Source: Alphaproteobacteria bacterium (GTDB lineage Bacteria; Pseudomonadota; Alphaproteobacteria; Bin95). From it: DNA of 64,000 nt. Of the stretch, positions 20,354-31,080 are shown piece by piece (the first letter of the stretch is position 1; each line of letters begins with the position of its first letter). Below the pieces are notes generated by a model, which did not search any database, was not told the origin of the DNA, and was given only the letters and a program-made list of their open reading frames with translations. Location of the stretch: positions 76,655 to 140,654 of the forward strand of contig CBFIAF010000004.1 of NCBI GenBank assembly GCA_965660545.1, in the 5' to 3' direction. Made by a program: the position numbers and the translations under genes.

Positions 20354-20979
20354 TACAGGTCTTCTTTATAGGCGGTTTCAATGCTGGCTTGCTGCGATTC
20401 ACCATCCATACCACCAGCTTGGTCAGCAATCATCTGGCCAAGGGTGGGGAAGGACTTCCGCTCAATTTGAACCGCTGGGTCCCAAAGTTTTGAGCGGATC
20501 AAGGCTTTGGCGCAGTGCAGATAAATCTCCCGCGCATGGATTACGAGGCCGGATTTAGGCGCCCGTCCTTTGATCGCTGCATCGCCGAGTGCGGGGTGGT
20601 CTTCAACAACTTCCGCCGTGCCATTCACTCTAAGCGTCTCATTCACGCCCGGCAGGAAGAAGATCAGCGCCACTTCCGGGTTGGCGACGAGGTTGCTCAA
20701 CGTATCCAGTCGGTTATTACCGGGCCGGTCCGGCAGTAACAGCATCGTGTCGTCCAACACCTGCACAAAGCCCGGTGGGTCGCCCCTTGGCGAGCAATCC
20801 AGATGCCCATCAGGTGAGGATGAAGAAATCACCAGAAATGGAGAAAGCGAAATGAAGTGACGGCAATGCATATCAAACCTGTTGATCACCTTCTTCAGCG
20901 CACGCTCCGAAGGCTCTTTCCCGTAAAATTCACGAAGATCAATCTCGTCATCAATCCGTTTCATAGCCGATAATTCCAT
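20350..20979 (-). CDS. Pyridoxamine 5'-phosphate oxidase family (FMN-binding split-barrel) protein
   Basis: PNPOx-like motifs (LSNLVANPEVALIFFLPGVNETLRVNGTAEVVED). The start is uncertain: the ORF extends to 21024, and internal ATGs at 20979/20964 give the typical roughly 200 aa size. Confidence 0.65.
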   Translation of the reverse strand: MELSAMKRIDDEIDLREFYGKEPSERALKKVINRFDMHCRHFISLSPFLVISSSSPDGHLDCSPRGDPPGFVQVLDDTMLLLPDRPGNNRLDTLSNLVANPEVALIFFLPGVNETLRVNGTAEVVEDHPALGDAAIKGRAPKSGLVIHAREIYLHCAKALIRSKLWDPAVQIERKSFPTLGQMIADQAGGMDGESQQASIETAYKEDLY

Positions 20980-21109
20980 GCTGGCTGTTTTGCCGATGAT
21001 GCCGTCCGACAAGCCGACACACAAGCCGCGTCAGAAGCAGCGCTTGCCTTGTCGCTAGCGTGACCTTCATGAAACAATGACCGCCCGCCTGAACCAGGAG
21101 CCCAAGTAT

Positions 21110-22111
21110 ATGTCTCAGCCGAAATTAATCGCCGTCGCTGGTGCCAGCGGACTCGTCGGGTCACACATCACGCGAGAAGCTTTGGCGCGGGGATATCGGG
21201 TGAACGGCACACTGCGAGACGCAACTGTGCCAACGAAAGCACCTTATTTGATGGGCTTGCCCGGGGCTGCAGATCGCCTGCAATTGTTTAGTGGAGACAT
21301 GAGCGACGAAGCCGCGTTTGATGCCCCACTAAAGAATGCGGATTGCGTCTATATCGCCTGCCTGATCCCTATCTACGCCGGGCCAGCAGGCAAGCGGGCG
21401 GTGGATATGGATGATGCAGAGGGCGAGCGGGACATTATCATGCCCACCGTCAATGGTTGCATGAATATCATGCGCGCCGCGATCCGCCAGGGCATCAAAA
21501 CAATCGTGATCTGCAGCAGCACTAGCAGCACGAACCCGATCCCATCCGTGCCAGTAAAGAATGAAGTCGATCACTGGTCAGATGCAGCCGAACAATGCCG
21601 CGCCAAGAAATACACATCCGCCACCAAAACCGTCATGGAAAAGGCTGCAATGGCGTTAGCGGCTGCGCGTGATGTCCGCCTGTCCATCCTTCTGCCAACA
21701 GGCATGTACGGCCCTGTCATTCTGCCAGAGCACATGCAGGGCAATCCGCAGGTATGGCTGAAGCGATTGATTGAGGGTGGCGAAGGTCGGCATCAGCAGA
21801 TCCCAAACAATTCTAGCTCTATGATCCACCTGAATGATCTGGCGGCACTTTTCCTTGCAGCTTATGAAAACCCTGCAGCGTCAGGCCGCTACTTCGGCGT
21901 CTACGACAGCTGGCATTGGCAAGATATCTACGGTGAGCTGCAAAAGCTGCTGCCCACGATGCAAATGCCCGCTCCAATAGACGGAGCGCCCGTCACGCCA
22001 ACTGGCTTCGATACCACACGGCGCGACAGTCTGGGCGTGGCGGTTCGGGATATCCCAACGCTGCTGAGAGATACGGTGGATTGGCTAAAGACCCGGCCGT
22101 TTGAAGCCTAA
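21110..22111 (+). CDS. NAD-dependent epimerase/dehydratase family oxidoreductase (extended SDR)
   Basis: Rossmann motif AGASGLVGSHI at the N-terminus. The AGGAG upstream of the ATG at 21110 is preferred over the ORF-track start at 21077. Confidence 0.7.
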   Translation: MSQPKLIAVAGASGLVGSHITREALARGYRVNGTLRDATVPTKAPYLMGLPGAADRLQLFSGDMSDEAAFDAPLKNADCVYIACLIPIYAGPAGKRAVDMDDAEGERDIIMPTVNGCMNIMRAAIRQGIKTIVICSSTSSTNPIPSVPVKNEVDHWSDAAEQCRAKKYTSATKTVMEKAAMALAAARDVRLSILLPTGMYGPVILPEHMQGNPQVWLKRLIEGGEGRHQQIPNNSSSMIHLNDLAALFLAAYENPAASGRYFGVYDSWHWQDIYGELQKLLPTMQMPAPIDGAPVTPTGFDTTRRDSLGVAVRDIPTLLRDTVDWLKTRPFEA

Positions 22112-22644
22112 AACAACCACACAGCTCTAGATTGATCCCGCACCTTGAATACAGCAAGTGGCAGGGCAAGGTCGTGCTTGCAGGCGCAGAGGTTTTCCTG
22201 GCCGTTTTCTTGTCGGTGAACAGAATTGATTCGCCTGCCGCCATGGATTTCGCCGCTGTAAAGTCACTCAGGACAGCGTCGTACCAGCCAAGCCGCGCAT
22301 AGGCGACGTCACGGTTATTATGAGCGATGGATTGATCCCCAGCCCCAAGCATACCTTTAGAGAGCGCTGCTGAAAATGGTACGCAGCCGTCTCGTGACGA
22401 CTTTCATTCGCCGCTGCAAGTGCGCGATCAAGCGGATTGCCGCCATCGCCACTGAATGCTGCAAGCAGCGCCGAGCAACAAAATCATCTGCATAGACCTT
22501 GCCTTCTTGGCTATTCCGCAAACGTAACGTCATTGCGCCCACTTAGGGTTCAATTATTTTAGCGGATGAACCAGATCGCAAGTGTGCTGCTAAATGGCTT
22601 AAGTCTGTGGTTATTTCTTGCCCGAACTTGGCTGATGCCGCAAC

Positions 22645-24372
22645 TCACGGCAAGGCTCGAAACATGGTTTTCGCTTTTGCGGTCAAGGCCTCACCGTATG
22701 TTTCTACGGCCATAGCATAGTTAATGCGGCCATCAGCAAGGTCCGCTGCGAGCGCCAATATCGGCCGATCTGCTGGCAAGCCATAGCCCCCTCCGCCTGG
22801 AGTTTCGAGGCGGACGCGAGCACCGGCGTCAAGTGCGATCCGCCGCTGCTTGGTATCCATGATCTGCGCGTCAGGTGTGTCTGGGTGCAGGATAACCCTA
22901 GCCCTGCCGCCTTCCCCACCACCATGCGCGCCCGACGGTGCCGTTTTGAAGTTATCGCCCCGACTGGAAAAGCTTGCAGGCACGCCGACGGCTTCAAGCT
23001 CCCGCGCGATTCCCATGCCGCCGCGCATGGCACCTGCCCCGCCAGAGCCTTCGACCAACGCATATTCCACGACGCGAAGCGGGTAGGAATTCTCTACCGC
23101 TTCAGCAGGCGTGTTCAATGAGTTGGTGATATGGCAGTGGGCACCATCCATGCCGTCAGCATCCGTTAGCGCGCCATTACCACCACCAATCGTCTCCAAG
23201 TAGACATAGGGTCGACCATCGGCAGCGTCGCCACCAAATACCATGGAAGCCAGGATATCATGGCTCGCCGCCATAGCCCGAGAGGCTGGCAAGGCAGGCT
23301 GTAGCGCACCGAAGATTGCACTCGCCAATTTCTGGCACGTGGTGGTGCGCGCGCCGACAGCCGCCGGAAAATGCGGATTTAGGATTGTGCCTTCGGGAAT
23401 GCTCAACTGAATAGCATCAAACAGGCCGCTATTCGGTGGCAAGTCTGGATCAAGCAAGGCCTTCACGGCATACCCGACCGTCGCCATTACGCCAGACGGC
23501 AGTAGGTTAAACCCACCCCTAGACTGCGGCCCGGACCCCGTGAAATCCAGCGACAATGCATCCCCCACCACATGCAGCGTGGCACGGATTGGCAAGGGGT
23601 CACCGCCCAGCCCATCATCATCCATCCATACGGTGTGGCTGTATTCACCATCTGGCAGCACGTGGATCGCGGCACCTAATCTGCGGCGGGCATAGGACAA
23701 TAACGCATCTGCGAGCGCAGCCGTTGCGGCCCCGCCTTCCTTGGCTGCCAGATCAGCCATGCGCTTGGCACCAAAGGCAGAGACAGCAATCTGCACATCA
23801 AGGTCCAGAATACGGATTTCGGGCTCCCGCGTGTTATGGGCGATTAACTCGATCAGCCCTCGGTCTGTCTCCCCAGCGCGGACAACCTGGGTCGCTGGAA
23901 TACGGATGCCTTCCTCGAAGATCGACGCTGCATCAGGTGCTATAGAACCTGGCGTTGGCCCGCCAACATCCGTGTGATGGCCAATACAAGCAGCGAAATA
24001 TTGAACATGCCCCTCTACAAATACGGGCTGGACGATGGAGATATCGTTCAGGTGTGTGCCTGCGCACAGGTAGGCGTCATTAGCTATAAAGGCATCCCCC
24101 GGCTGCATGCGCTCAAACGGGAATTTTTCGACGATGGCTGCGACAGCACCGAACAGGGAGCCCAGATGAATAGGAATATGAGCGGCTTGCGCGATCAATC
24201 GCCCGTCAGCCGCAAATAAAGCCGCCGAACAGTCCCTTCGTTCCTTAATATTCGGCGAAAATGAAGACCGCACCAACCGCCGCCCCATCTCCTCCGCAAT
24301 CGCCAACAGGCGGTTTGAGAAAACTTCCAATTGGATCGCGTCGGCGCCGGGCAGCGGATTAGCAGTGTTCAT
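22645..24372 (-). CDS. hyuB: Hydantoinase B/oxoprolinase family protein
   Basis: 575 aa. N-terminal region matches HyuB (IQLEVFSNRLLAIAEEMGRRLVRSSFSPNIKERRDCSAALF...IPIHLGSL). Confidence 0.8.
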   Translation of the reverse strand: MNTANPLPGADAIQLEVFSNRLLAIAEEMGRRLVRSSFSPNIKERRDCSAALFAADGRLIAQAAHIPIHLGSLFGAVAAIVEKFPFERMQPGDAFIANDAYLCAGTHLNDISIVQPVFVEGHVQYFAACIGHHTDVGGPTPGSIAPDAASIFEEGIRIPATQVVRAGETDRGLIELIAHNTREPEIRILDLDVQIAVSAFGAKRMADLAAKEGGAATAALADALLSYARRRLGAAIHVLPDGEYSHTVWMDDDGLGGDPLPIRATLHVVGDALSLDFTGSGPQSRGGFNLLPSGVMATVGYAVKALLDPDLPPNSGLFDAIQLSIPEGTILNPHFPAAVGARTTTCQKLASAIFGALQPALPASRAMAASHDILASMVFGGDAADGRPYVYLETIGGGNGALTDADGMDGAHCHITNSLNTPAEAVENSYPLRVVEYALVEGSGGAGAMRGGMGIARELEAVGVPASFSSRGDNFKTAPSGAHGGGEGGRARVILHPDTPDAQIMDTKQRRIALDAGARVRLETPGGGGYGLPADRPILALAADLADGRINYAMAVETYGEALTAKAKTMFRALP

Positions 24373-24432
24373 TCTGAGCGCTTCTTGCTTTCAGGCTGGA
24401 GCGGGAATTTGGAAAGCTTGAGAGGCTTTCCC

Positions 24433-26148
24433 TTATCCGGCCCGCACCAATTTACCCGGTAGCGCCCCTGTCGCCTCACCATTCTCAAAAATAGGCGTGC
24501 CGGAAACGATGGTTGTCACATAACCGTCCGCTCGTTGTACTAGACGGCGACCGCCTGCCGGCAGGTCAAAAATGACCTCAGGTCGACGGATTTGGAGGGC
24601 ATCATAGTCAATGATGTTCACGTCCGCTTTGAGGCCCTCCTTAAGGCGCCCACGGTCCTTGAACCCGAAGAAATCTGCGGTTTCACTGGTTAGCCGACGA
24701 ACCGCCCATTCCACAGAAAATTTACCGCCGCGCGTCCGATCTCGCGTCCAGTGGGTCAGCATGAACGTGGGCATAGAGGCATCGCAGATCTGGCCACAAT
24801 GGGCGCCGCCATCGCCAAGGCCAATGATCGTCGCTTCATCTTGCATCATCTCGTGGACAGGCTCTAGGTCGCCCGTGACGAAGTTCGTGACTGGGAATAG
24901 CAGCATGCCGCCGCCATCGCCTTCGGCCATGAAGTCGTACACGAATTCTTGCGGGGTTTTATTCGTAAGGCGTGCGGCCTCTTCAACTGCCGCTTCGGGT
25001 TTTGGCTCATACTCAGGCGGATCATTCAGCACATACATCCGGTCCCACCGGCTCGCGATCGCGCGTTGGAGCGGCGGGAGCTTGTTCAGAAGGACGTCCG
25101 AATTTTCTTCGCCCAGAATCTGCGCCCGGATTTCCGGGTCTTTCAGCTTAGCTAGGCGCTCAGCCTGGGGCATGCCTTCAAGGCTTGCGAAGGTTGGGCG
25201 GCCACTGAATGGAGTCAGCGAGGTTGAGAAGCCCAGGATGATCCCAACGGCGCGGCCCGCAATCTGTGCGGTGACATCAGTGCCTGCATCCCGGGCCTCA
25301 TGCACATTGCCCATTAACCGTTTCCAGCGGTCCGGATCGGAATACCGGTCCGTCATCAAGAACCAAAGCGGACGGCCTGATTCCTGGCCAACCTGTTTCA
25401 TCCAGCCAAATTCCGCCGCTTCATCTTCGAAGTCATTCAGCATGCCGTAGGCACCATGGTCGACGGTGCTAAAGGCTTTGCCGATGCCGATCAGCTCGTC
25501 AAACGCTGCATAGCGGCCCGGTACGCGCTCACCCTTGGTGGTACGATGACTTTCCGTTCGCGATGTAGTAAAGCCAAACGCACCCGCCTTCAGCGCTTCT
25601 TCCGTTAGCCGCTGCATTTCAGCGATGTCTGCTTCCGTCGCATCTTCGAAGTCGATCGCGCGCTGGCCCATTACATAAACGCGGAGGGGATGATGCGGCA
25701 TCTGAGCACCAATATCGATGGCGCGAGGCTGGCGCTCCAACGCATCAAGGAATTCCGGAAAACTTTCCCAATCCCACTTCAAACCTTCAGACAGCACAAT
25801 GCCGGGGATATCCTCAACACCTTCCATCAAGTCGATCAGCGCATTGTGGTCTTGCGGCTTACAGGGCGCGAACCCGACACCGCAATTACCGAACAGCACG
25901 GTTGTCACACCATGCCAGGAGGATGGTGCCAGCATCGGGTCCCAAGTAGCTTGGCCATCATAATGGGTATGAACATCAACCCAGCCTGGCGTAACAAGCA
26001 GGCCTTTGGCATCAATCTCACGCTTGCCAGGGCCGACATCGCCGCCAACCTGCGCCAACGTCTCTCCGTCAATAGCCACATCGCCGATGAAGCCTTCAGC
26101 ACCCGTTCCGTCAATAATCGTGCCGCCGCGAATGACGATATCATGCAT
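24433..26148 (-). CDS. N-acyl-D-amino-acid deacylase (D-aminoacylase) family amidohydrolase
   Basis: N-terminal MHDIVIRGGTIIDGTGA ... VDVHTHYDGQ metal-binding motif of the D-aminoacylase/amidohydrolase superfamily. GGAGGT RBS. 571 aa. Confidence 0.8.
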   Translation of the reverse strand: MHDIVIRGGTIIDGTGAEGFIGDVAIDGETLAQVGGDVGPGKREIDAKGLLVTPGWVDVHTHYDGQATWDPMLAPSSWHGVTTVLFGNCGVGFAPCKPQDHNALIDLMEGVEDIPGIVLSEGLKWDWESFPEFLDALERQPRAIDIGAQMPHHPLRVYVMGQRAIDFEDATEADIAEMQRLTEEALKAGAFGFTTSRTESHRTTKGERVPGRYAAFDELIGIGKAFSTVDHGAYGMLNDFEDEAAEFGWMKQVGQESGRPLWFLMTDRYSDPDRWKRLMGNVHEARDAGTDVTAQIAGRAVGIILGFSTSLTPFSGRPTFASLEGMPQAERLAKLKDPEIRAQILGEENSDVLLNKLPPLQRAIASRWDRMYVLNDPPEYEPKPEAAVEEAARLTNKTPQEFVYDFMAEGDGGGMLLFPVTNFVTGDLEPVHEMMQDEATIIGLGDGGAHCGQICDASMPTFMLTHWTRDRTRGGKFSVEWAVRRLTSETADFFGFKDRGRLKEGLKADVNIIDYDALQIRRPEVIFDLPAGGRRLVQRADGYVTTIVSGTPIFENGEATGALPGKLVRAG

Positions 26149-27153
26149 GTTCTTACCTCCAGCCCTGTGTTGCAGACTTACAGGCTAGGACCGAAACACT
26201 AATCGTTGCAAGCGTAGAACCCTAGGAACCTGGAGTGAGACGGCATGGACAAAAGCCGATAATCAATCCCGCAATTCAAGTGCCCCGCTCTGTGCATTCC
26301 ATATCCACATTGGTGCGCTAGACCGGATATGAACGCCACCAAGATGCATATCTTGTTGTAAAAGACCGAATGCGCTTTCAGTTCCTGCAAGCAGGGCTTT
26401 GCCTGTGGGCAACACGCTGAGGCGCTGATCTAGAAATATCTCTTGGTCAATCTTGTCTCTCTTGAGCGTTTGAAACTTCGGTCATGGCTCGCAACTGAGC
26501 AGCGGCATCTCGCCATTTGTGAGATTGGCGACTTGTTGGACGAACCTTAAATCGCCGCCGAACAGAGATCGCTCCCTATCCATCACCTGCCGGAATGCAG
26601 CCCCTGGTCGCGTTTCGCTAGCAGCAAAAACATCCAACACATGTTTCTCGGACCGCATCTGGCCTGTGACGCTATCGGGGAATTCTTGCAAATGGCGATG
26701 CAATGATGGCCGCATGAATGGCGTGACAGTATTTGCCTCAGCCAGATCCCGTTCAACCGCGCGCGGGCCCTCAGACCTAAATGCCCCCATCCCCTGCGGG
26801 CACTGGAGAGCGCTGGCGCAGAAATAGGCAAGCGATCCGGCCAAAGTGCTACGACCTGTTGCAGCGCCGTTTACCGAGGCCGCGGAACCTGGGCATGCCT
26901 TCAAATGTACTAATACAGATTAAGTGCAGGCCAGGATGCGCCTCCTCAGGTGACGCGCGCCAATCCAAAATTTGCAAAATCTGGAGCTGGTCGAGCAAAT
27001 TATGCTCGAACCACAGCATGTCGGTCTCGAGCATCTTGCGATTATTATAAAACCGCATCACGCGCCAGGGCAACACATCACCAGCGATCCTGCTGGCCTG
27101 TATCAATCCACCAGCGCTATCGCCATTTGTAACCTTAAGGACGCGGCCTTGCA

Positions 27154-28353
27154 TCAGTCCAGTTGCAGTAAGGCGCTGCTTAGATATGCGCTTTCAGGCA
27201 GGAAAGGTTGAACAGGATGGTCTGGCCCAGCGCCTGCTTCACACAGTAAGCGTCCGTTCCTGCAACCATCGCCAAGGCCATGGCGCACCTGCTCCATGAA
27301 CTGCACAGGGCCCACATTGTGCGAGCAGGACGCCGCGAAAAGGAACCCGCCTGGGCTAACTAAGCGACAAGCCAAACGAACCATTTTCCGATAAGCGCGG
27401 AGGCCAGTCGAAAGGTTTTTCCGGCTTTTCACGAATGCGGGCGGATCAACAATAACGATATCCCATCGCATGCCAGCCTGCACCGCTTCGTCCAGGAATG
27501 CGAATGCTTCGGACCGAACGGTCGTGACCTTATCCGCGACGCCGTTGCGCTTTGCCGACTCGCCCGCAAGCCCCAACGCCTGGGCTGAACGATCAACCAG
27601 CGTGACATCGTCCGCACCTGCCATTGCCGCGTTCAAGCCAAATCCGCCGAGATAGCAGTACACATCAAGCACACGCGCACCTGAGGCCAAGTTGGCGACT
27701 GCGGCGCGATTGATGCGTTGGTCGAAAAACCAGCCGGTCTTCTGGCCTTCACTCAAGTCCGCCAGGAAAACAATGCCGTTCTCCAGCAGTTCAATCGGCC
27801 TATTCAGATCACCGAGAATGATATCGTCTTCATCCTTGAGGCCTTCCATCAACCGGGCAGCAGAAGCAAGGCGGATAATGATCGTGCGAGGCCCCAGGAC
27901 AGCCTGAATAGCAGCGATAACCATATCCCTGCGTAAATCGAACGCAGCCGTATTTATTTGTACCGCAATCACATCGCCATATCGGTCGATGATCACGCCG
28001 GGCAGGCCGTCCGCCTCCGCGTGGATCAGCCGATAGAACGGCTCCTGGAATAGTCGCTCCCGCAGAGCCAGCGCCGCCTGCAGGCGGTTTTCTACATATG
28101 CCTGATCCAGTGCGATATCCGGCTTGGCGGCGATCATCCGGCAGACCACCAGTGGCTTCGGATTAAATATTGCTGTGCCGACTGGTTCGCCTGCAGCATT
28201 TTCAACGTTCACGAGCCTGCCAGCATCCAGCGCCTTCAGCGCCGGATTTGGCTGCATCTCGTTTGAATAGACCCAAGGATGGCCGAGTTTCAGACGGCGG
28301 TGGCGCTTTGGCAGCAGCCGGAGCCGAGGATAAGGCTGTAATGTGTCTTGCAT
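27154..28353 (-). CDS. rlmI: 23S rRNA (cytosine1962-C5)-methyltransferase RlmI-like class I SAM-dependent methyltransferase
   Basis: PUA-like N-terminus (RLKLGHPWVYSNEM) and SAM-MTase motifs (LDVYCYLGGFGLNAA). The start is set at the internal ATG (28353), which gives a typical RlmI N-terminus. Confidence 0.7.
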   Translation of the reverse strand: MQDTLQPYPRLRLLPKRHRRLKLGHPWVYSNEMQPNPALKALDAGRLVNVENAAGEPVGTAIFNPKPLVVCRMIAAKPDIALDQAYVENRLQAALALRERLFQEPFYRLIHAEADGLPGVIIDRYGDVIAVQINTAAFDLRRDMVIAAIQAVLGPRTIIIRLASAARLMEGLKDEDDIILGDLNRPIELLENGIVFLADLSEGQKTGWFFDQRINRAAVANLASGARVLDVYCYLGGFGLNAAMAGADDVTLVDRSAQALGLAGESAKRNGVADKVTTVRSEAFAFLDEAVQAGMRWDIVIVDPPAFVKSRKNLSTGLRAYRKMVRLACRLVSPGGFLFAASCSHNVGPVQFMEQVRHGLGDGCRNGRLLCEAGAGPDHPVQPFLPESAYLSSALLQLD

Positions 28354-28469
28354 AACGCCGTTCGATAGAGGGTTCAGCCCGCAACAGCAAGCACGGGTTT
28401 CAGCATACGGCAGCGTAGGATATAAAGCTGCCAGCACTTTTATTCTGCCACGCGGGAGTTTTTCAGGTC

Positions 28470-29432
28470 ATGGCATCCAGCTTTCAAGGGCGCAACGTTA
28501 CAGTTTTTGGCGGGTCCGGGTTTATCGGTCGATATGTGGTCAAGCGGCTAGCTAACGAAGGTGCGCGCGTGCGTGTCGCGGTGCGGGACGCCGAAAAAGC
28601 GAAATTCCTAAAGCCCATGGGCACCGTGGGCCAGGTTGCACCCTTAGCCGTGAATGTCACCAATGAGCGCCTGGTGCGTCAGGCCGTTGATGGCAGGGAC
28701 GACGTGGTCAATCTGGTTGGCATCTTGGCGGAAGGCGGTAGCCAATCTTTTGACCGCATCCAAGCCGAAGCGCCCGGCATTATCGCAGAAGCTGCGAAAG
28801 CCGCAGGCGTGGGGCGGTTTGTTCAGATGTCTGCCATTGGCGCGGATTCTGAAAGCGATAGCAAGTACGCACAGTCCAAAGCGGCAGGCGAATCTGCGGT
28901 TAAAGCCGCCATGCCGAACGCGACGATCCTGCGGCCAAGCGTTGTCTTTGGACCAGAGGATGACTTCTTCAATCGCTTTGCTGCCATGGCCAGACTAGCG
29001 CCTGCCCTGCCGCTGATTGATGGCGGCCGCACCAAATTCCAGCCCGTATATGTGGGTAACGTCGCGGACGCTGTTATGGCCGCACTTAAGTCTAAAGATG
29101 CAGCCGGCAAGACTTATGAGCTTGGCGGCCCGCACGTGATGTCCTTCAAGGAATTGCTGGAATATGTGATGGCGGAAACGGGCCGTAAGCGCCTGCTTCT
29201 GCCAGTGCCATCCGCCTTACTGCGTCCTATCGCCGGACTAATGGAATGCATTCCAGGCACGCCAATCACACGTGATCAACTCACCCTGCTGGAAAGCGAC
29301 AACGTTGTTTCTGAGGGCGCTCAGGGTCTTGATGCGCTTGGCACCAAGCCTACGAGTATCTCTGCAGTCGCGCCCACATATTTGGTGCGGTTCCGCGATG
29401 GCGGCCAGTTTGCCCGCGATGTCGGCGCATAG
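28470..29432 (+). CDS. Complex I NDUFA9-subunit-like NAD(P)H-binding protein (atypical SDR)
   Basis: MASSFQGRNVTVFGGSGFIGRYVVKRLANEGARVRVAVRD is typical of the alphaproteobacterial NDUFA9-like family. Confidence 0.8.
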   Translation: MASSFQGRNVTVFGGSGFIGRYVVKRLANEGARVRVAVRDAEKAKFLKPMGTVGQVAPLAVNVTNERLVRQAVDGRDDVVNLVGILAEGGSQSFDRIQAEAPGIIAEAAKAAGVGRFVQMSAIGADSESDSKYAQSKAAGESAVKAAMPNATILRPSVVFGPEDDFFNRFAAMARLAPALPLIDGGRTKFQPVYVGNVADAVMAALKSKDAAGKTYELGGPHVMSFKELLEYVMAETGRKRLLLPVPSALLRPIAGLMECIPGTPITRDQLTLLESDNVVSEGAQGLDALGTKPTSISAVAPTYLVRFRDGGQFARDVGA

Positions 29433-29441
29433 GAGAAAACC

Positions 29442-30053
29442 ATGGCGAAAACACTGGGTGCACTTATTTTCCCTGGCTATGAGCTGCTGGACATGTTCGG
29501 CCCGCTCGAAATGTTTGGCATGATGGGGGAGGAAGTCGAGATACGAATGGTCGCCCAATCCAACGCTCCGGTCGCTAGCCGCCAAGGCCCGCAGACAGTC
29601 GTTGATGATGCGTTCGGTGACCACGACAGCTATGATATGCTGCTGATCCCAGGTGGTCCTGGCACCCGGCCTGAAGTCGATAATCCAGTACTGATTGACT
29701 GGATCAAAACCATGACGCCAAAGGCTGAACTCACCATGACCGTCTGCACTGGCAGCGCCCTTCTGGCACGCACCGGGTTGATCGACGGCAAACACGCCAC
29801 CAGCAATAAGGCCGCGTTCAAATGGGTGATGGAACAAGGCCCAAAAGTGGATTGGGTCAAGCAGGCCCGCTGGTGCGAGGACGGCGATATCATGACGTCG
29901 TCCGGTGTGTCAGCCGGCATGGACATGGCGCTCGCCGCCATCGCCCAGGAATATTCGGCTGAGGATGCTGAGCGCGTCATGAATAGAACGGAATATGATT
30001 GGAAGCGGGACCCAGACTGGGACCCGTTCGCCAAAATCCACGGCCTCGTTTAA
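29442..30053 (+). CDS. DJ-1/PfpI family protein
   Basis: 203 aa with class I glutamine amidotransferase-like fold signatures (DMLLIPGGPG ... CTGSALLA). GGAGAAAA RBS. Confidence 0.8.
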   Translation: MAKTLGALIFPGYELLDMFGPLEMFGMMGEEVEIRMVAQSNAPVASRQGPQTVVDDAFGDHDSYDMLLIPGGPGTRPEVDNPVLIDWIKTMTPKAELTMTVCTGSALLARTGLIDGKHATSNKAAFKWVMEQGPKVDWVKQARWCEDGDIMTSSGVSAGMDMALAAIAQEYSAEDAERVMNRTEYDWKRDPDWDPFAKIHGLV

Positions 30054-30059
30054 CGACGC

Positions 30060-30533
30060 TTAGTCATCGCTAGCCTCACGGCAAAGATACATGCTGGTTG
30101 ATTTCATCGTGTGCACCGCCTCGCCGCGCTGATTGCGCACTTCCCGTGCGAATTCGACAATGCCTTTGGACCCGCTGCTGGTGCGCTTTTTAGTGAGCAC
30201 TTTCGCAGCAACCTCTAAAGTATCGCCATGCTTCACAGGCAAGTTGACCCGCCACTCATCGGTGCCAAGCATCGCGACGATGGTGCCGTCATTCATACCG
30301 CTTTGGCACAGCAGCCCACCCATGATTGCCAGGACCAACGGGCCATGGGCGATAGGCTCCTGGTATGGCTGCTCTTTACAGAATTCCCAATCGACATGGG
30401 GCGCATTAAAATCACCGGACAGACAAGCAAAGTTGACGATATCGGTGTTCGTGATCGTCCGCCTGGGCGTCGTGTAGGTTTCATCAATCACGAAATCTTC
30501 GAAATACATGCCCGTAGGCTTGCGCGGCTCCAT
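30060..30533 (-). CDS. MaoC family dehydratase
   Basis: Hot-dog fold (FACLSGDFNAPHVDWEF). The start is chosen at the internal ATG (30533) preceded by GGAGAG. Confidence 0.75.
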   Translation of the reverse strand: MEPRKPTGMYFEDFVIDETYTTPRRTITNTDIVNFACLSGDFNAPHVDWEFCKEQPYQEPIAHGPLVLAIMGGLLCQSGMNDGTIVAMLGTDEWRVNLPVKHGDTLEVAAKVLTKKRTSSGSKGIVEFAREVRNQRGEAVHTMKSTSMYLCREASDD

Positions 30534-31080
30534 AAAATGCTCTCCAGCTGTTTGCAACGTTGAAATACTATCGTTGCAGACGTTTGAGCGCCTCTGCAAC
30601 GCCGCCAACCTCCGTAACAAGCAGAGAGCAGAATGTGTTGGTGCAGGCGAATGCGGCTGCTTCCGGGTAATCGGGGTAAGTCACGTCGTCATATGGCAGC
30701 TTACCTTCTCGCTTATCCCCCCATTGCACGCGCTTATATTCTGTCGGATCGGCCAACGCCGCCAGATGCAGCGCCGCCGCCTGAGCATCATCCTTACCGC
30801 CAACAATTGGCACCTTGACCGGTTCATGCGTCAGTTCTTGTTCCGACAGAAGCACGCCCAGCAGTAAGAAATTAGGCGTCTGTGACTGCGGGAGATGTGA
30901 GATAGCACATTCCTGCCTCCGCAATAGCACTCTGTCAGTCCTCGCCCTTGTAATATTTCAATAGGTTGAAGAAACGGACGGCAGCGACATTGTCATCCTT
31001 CTGCCGCCCCGGTTTGGCCAACATCGGATCAGGCGCTGACGCTCGAAATGCACCTATTTCAGGGTCAATGAAACTGCCGC

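Noticed and set aside
30568-30930. 120-aa ORF as a real gene
   Set aside because: Its N-terminal third looks like non-protein sequence, there is no convincing RBS and no family was recognised. It is probably part of the deletion scar described with the RTX fragment, though a small real protein cannot be excluded.
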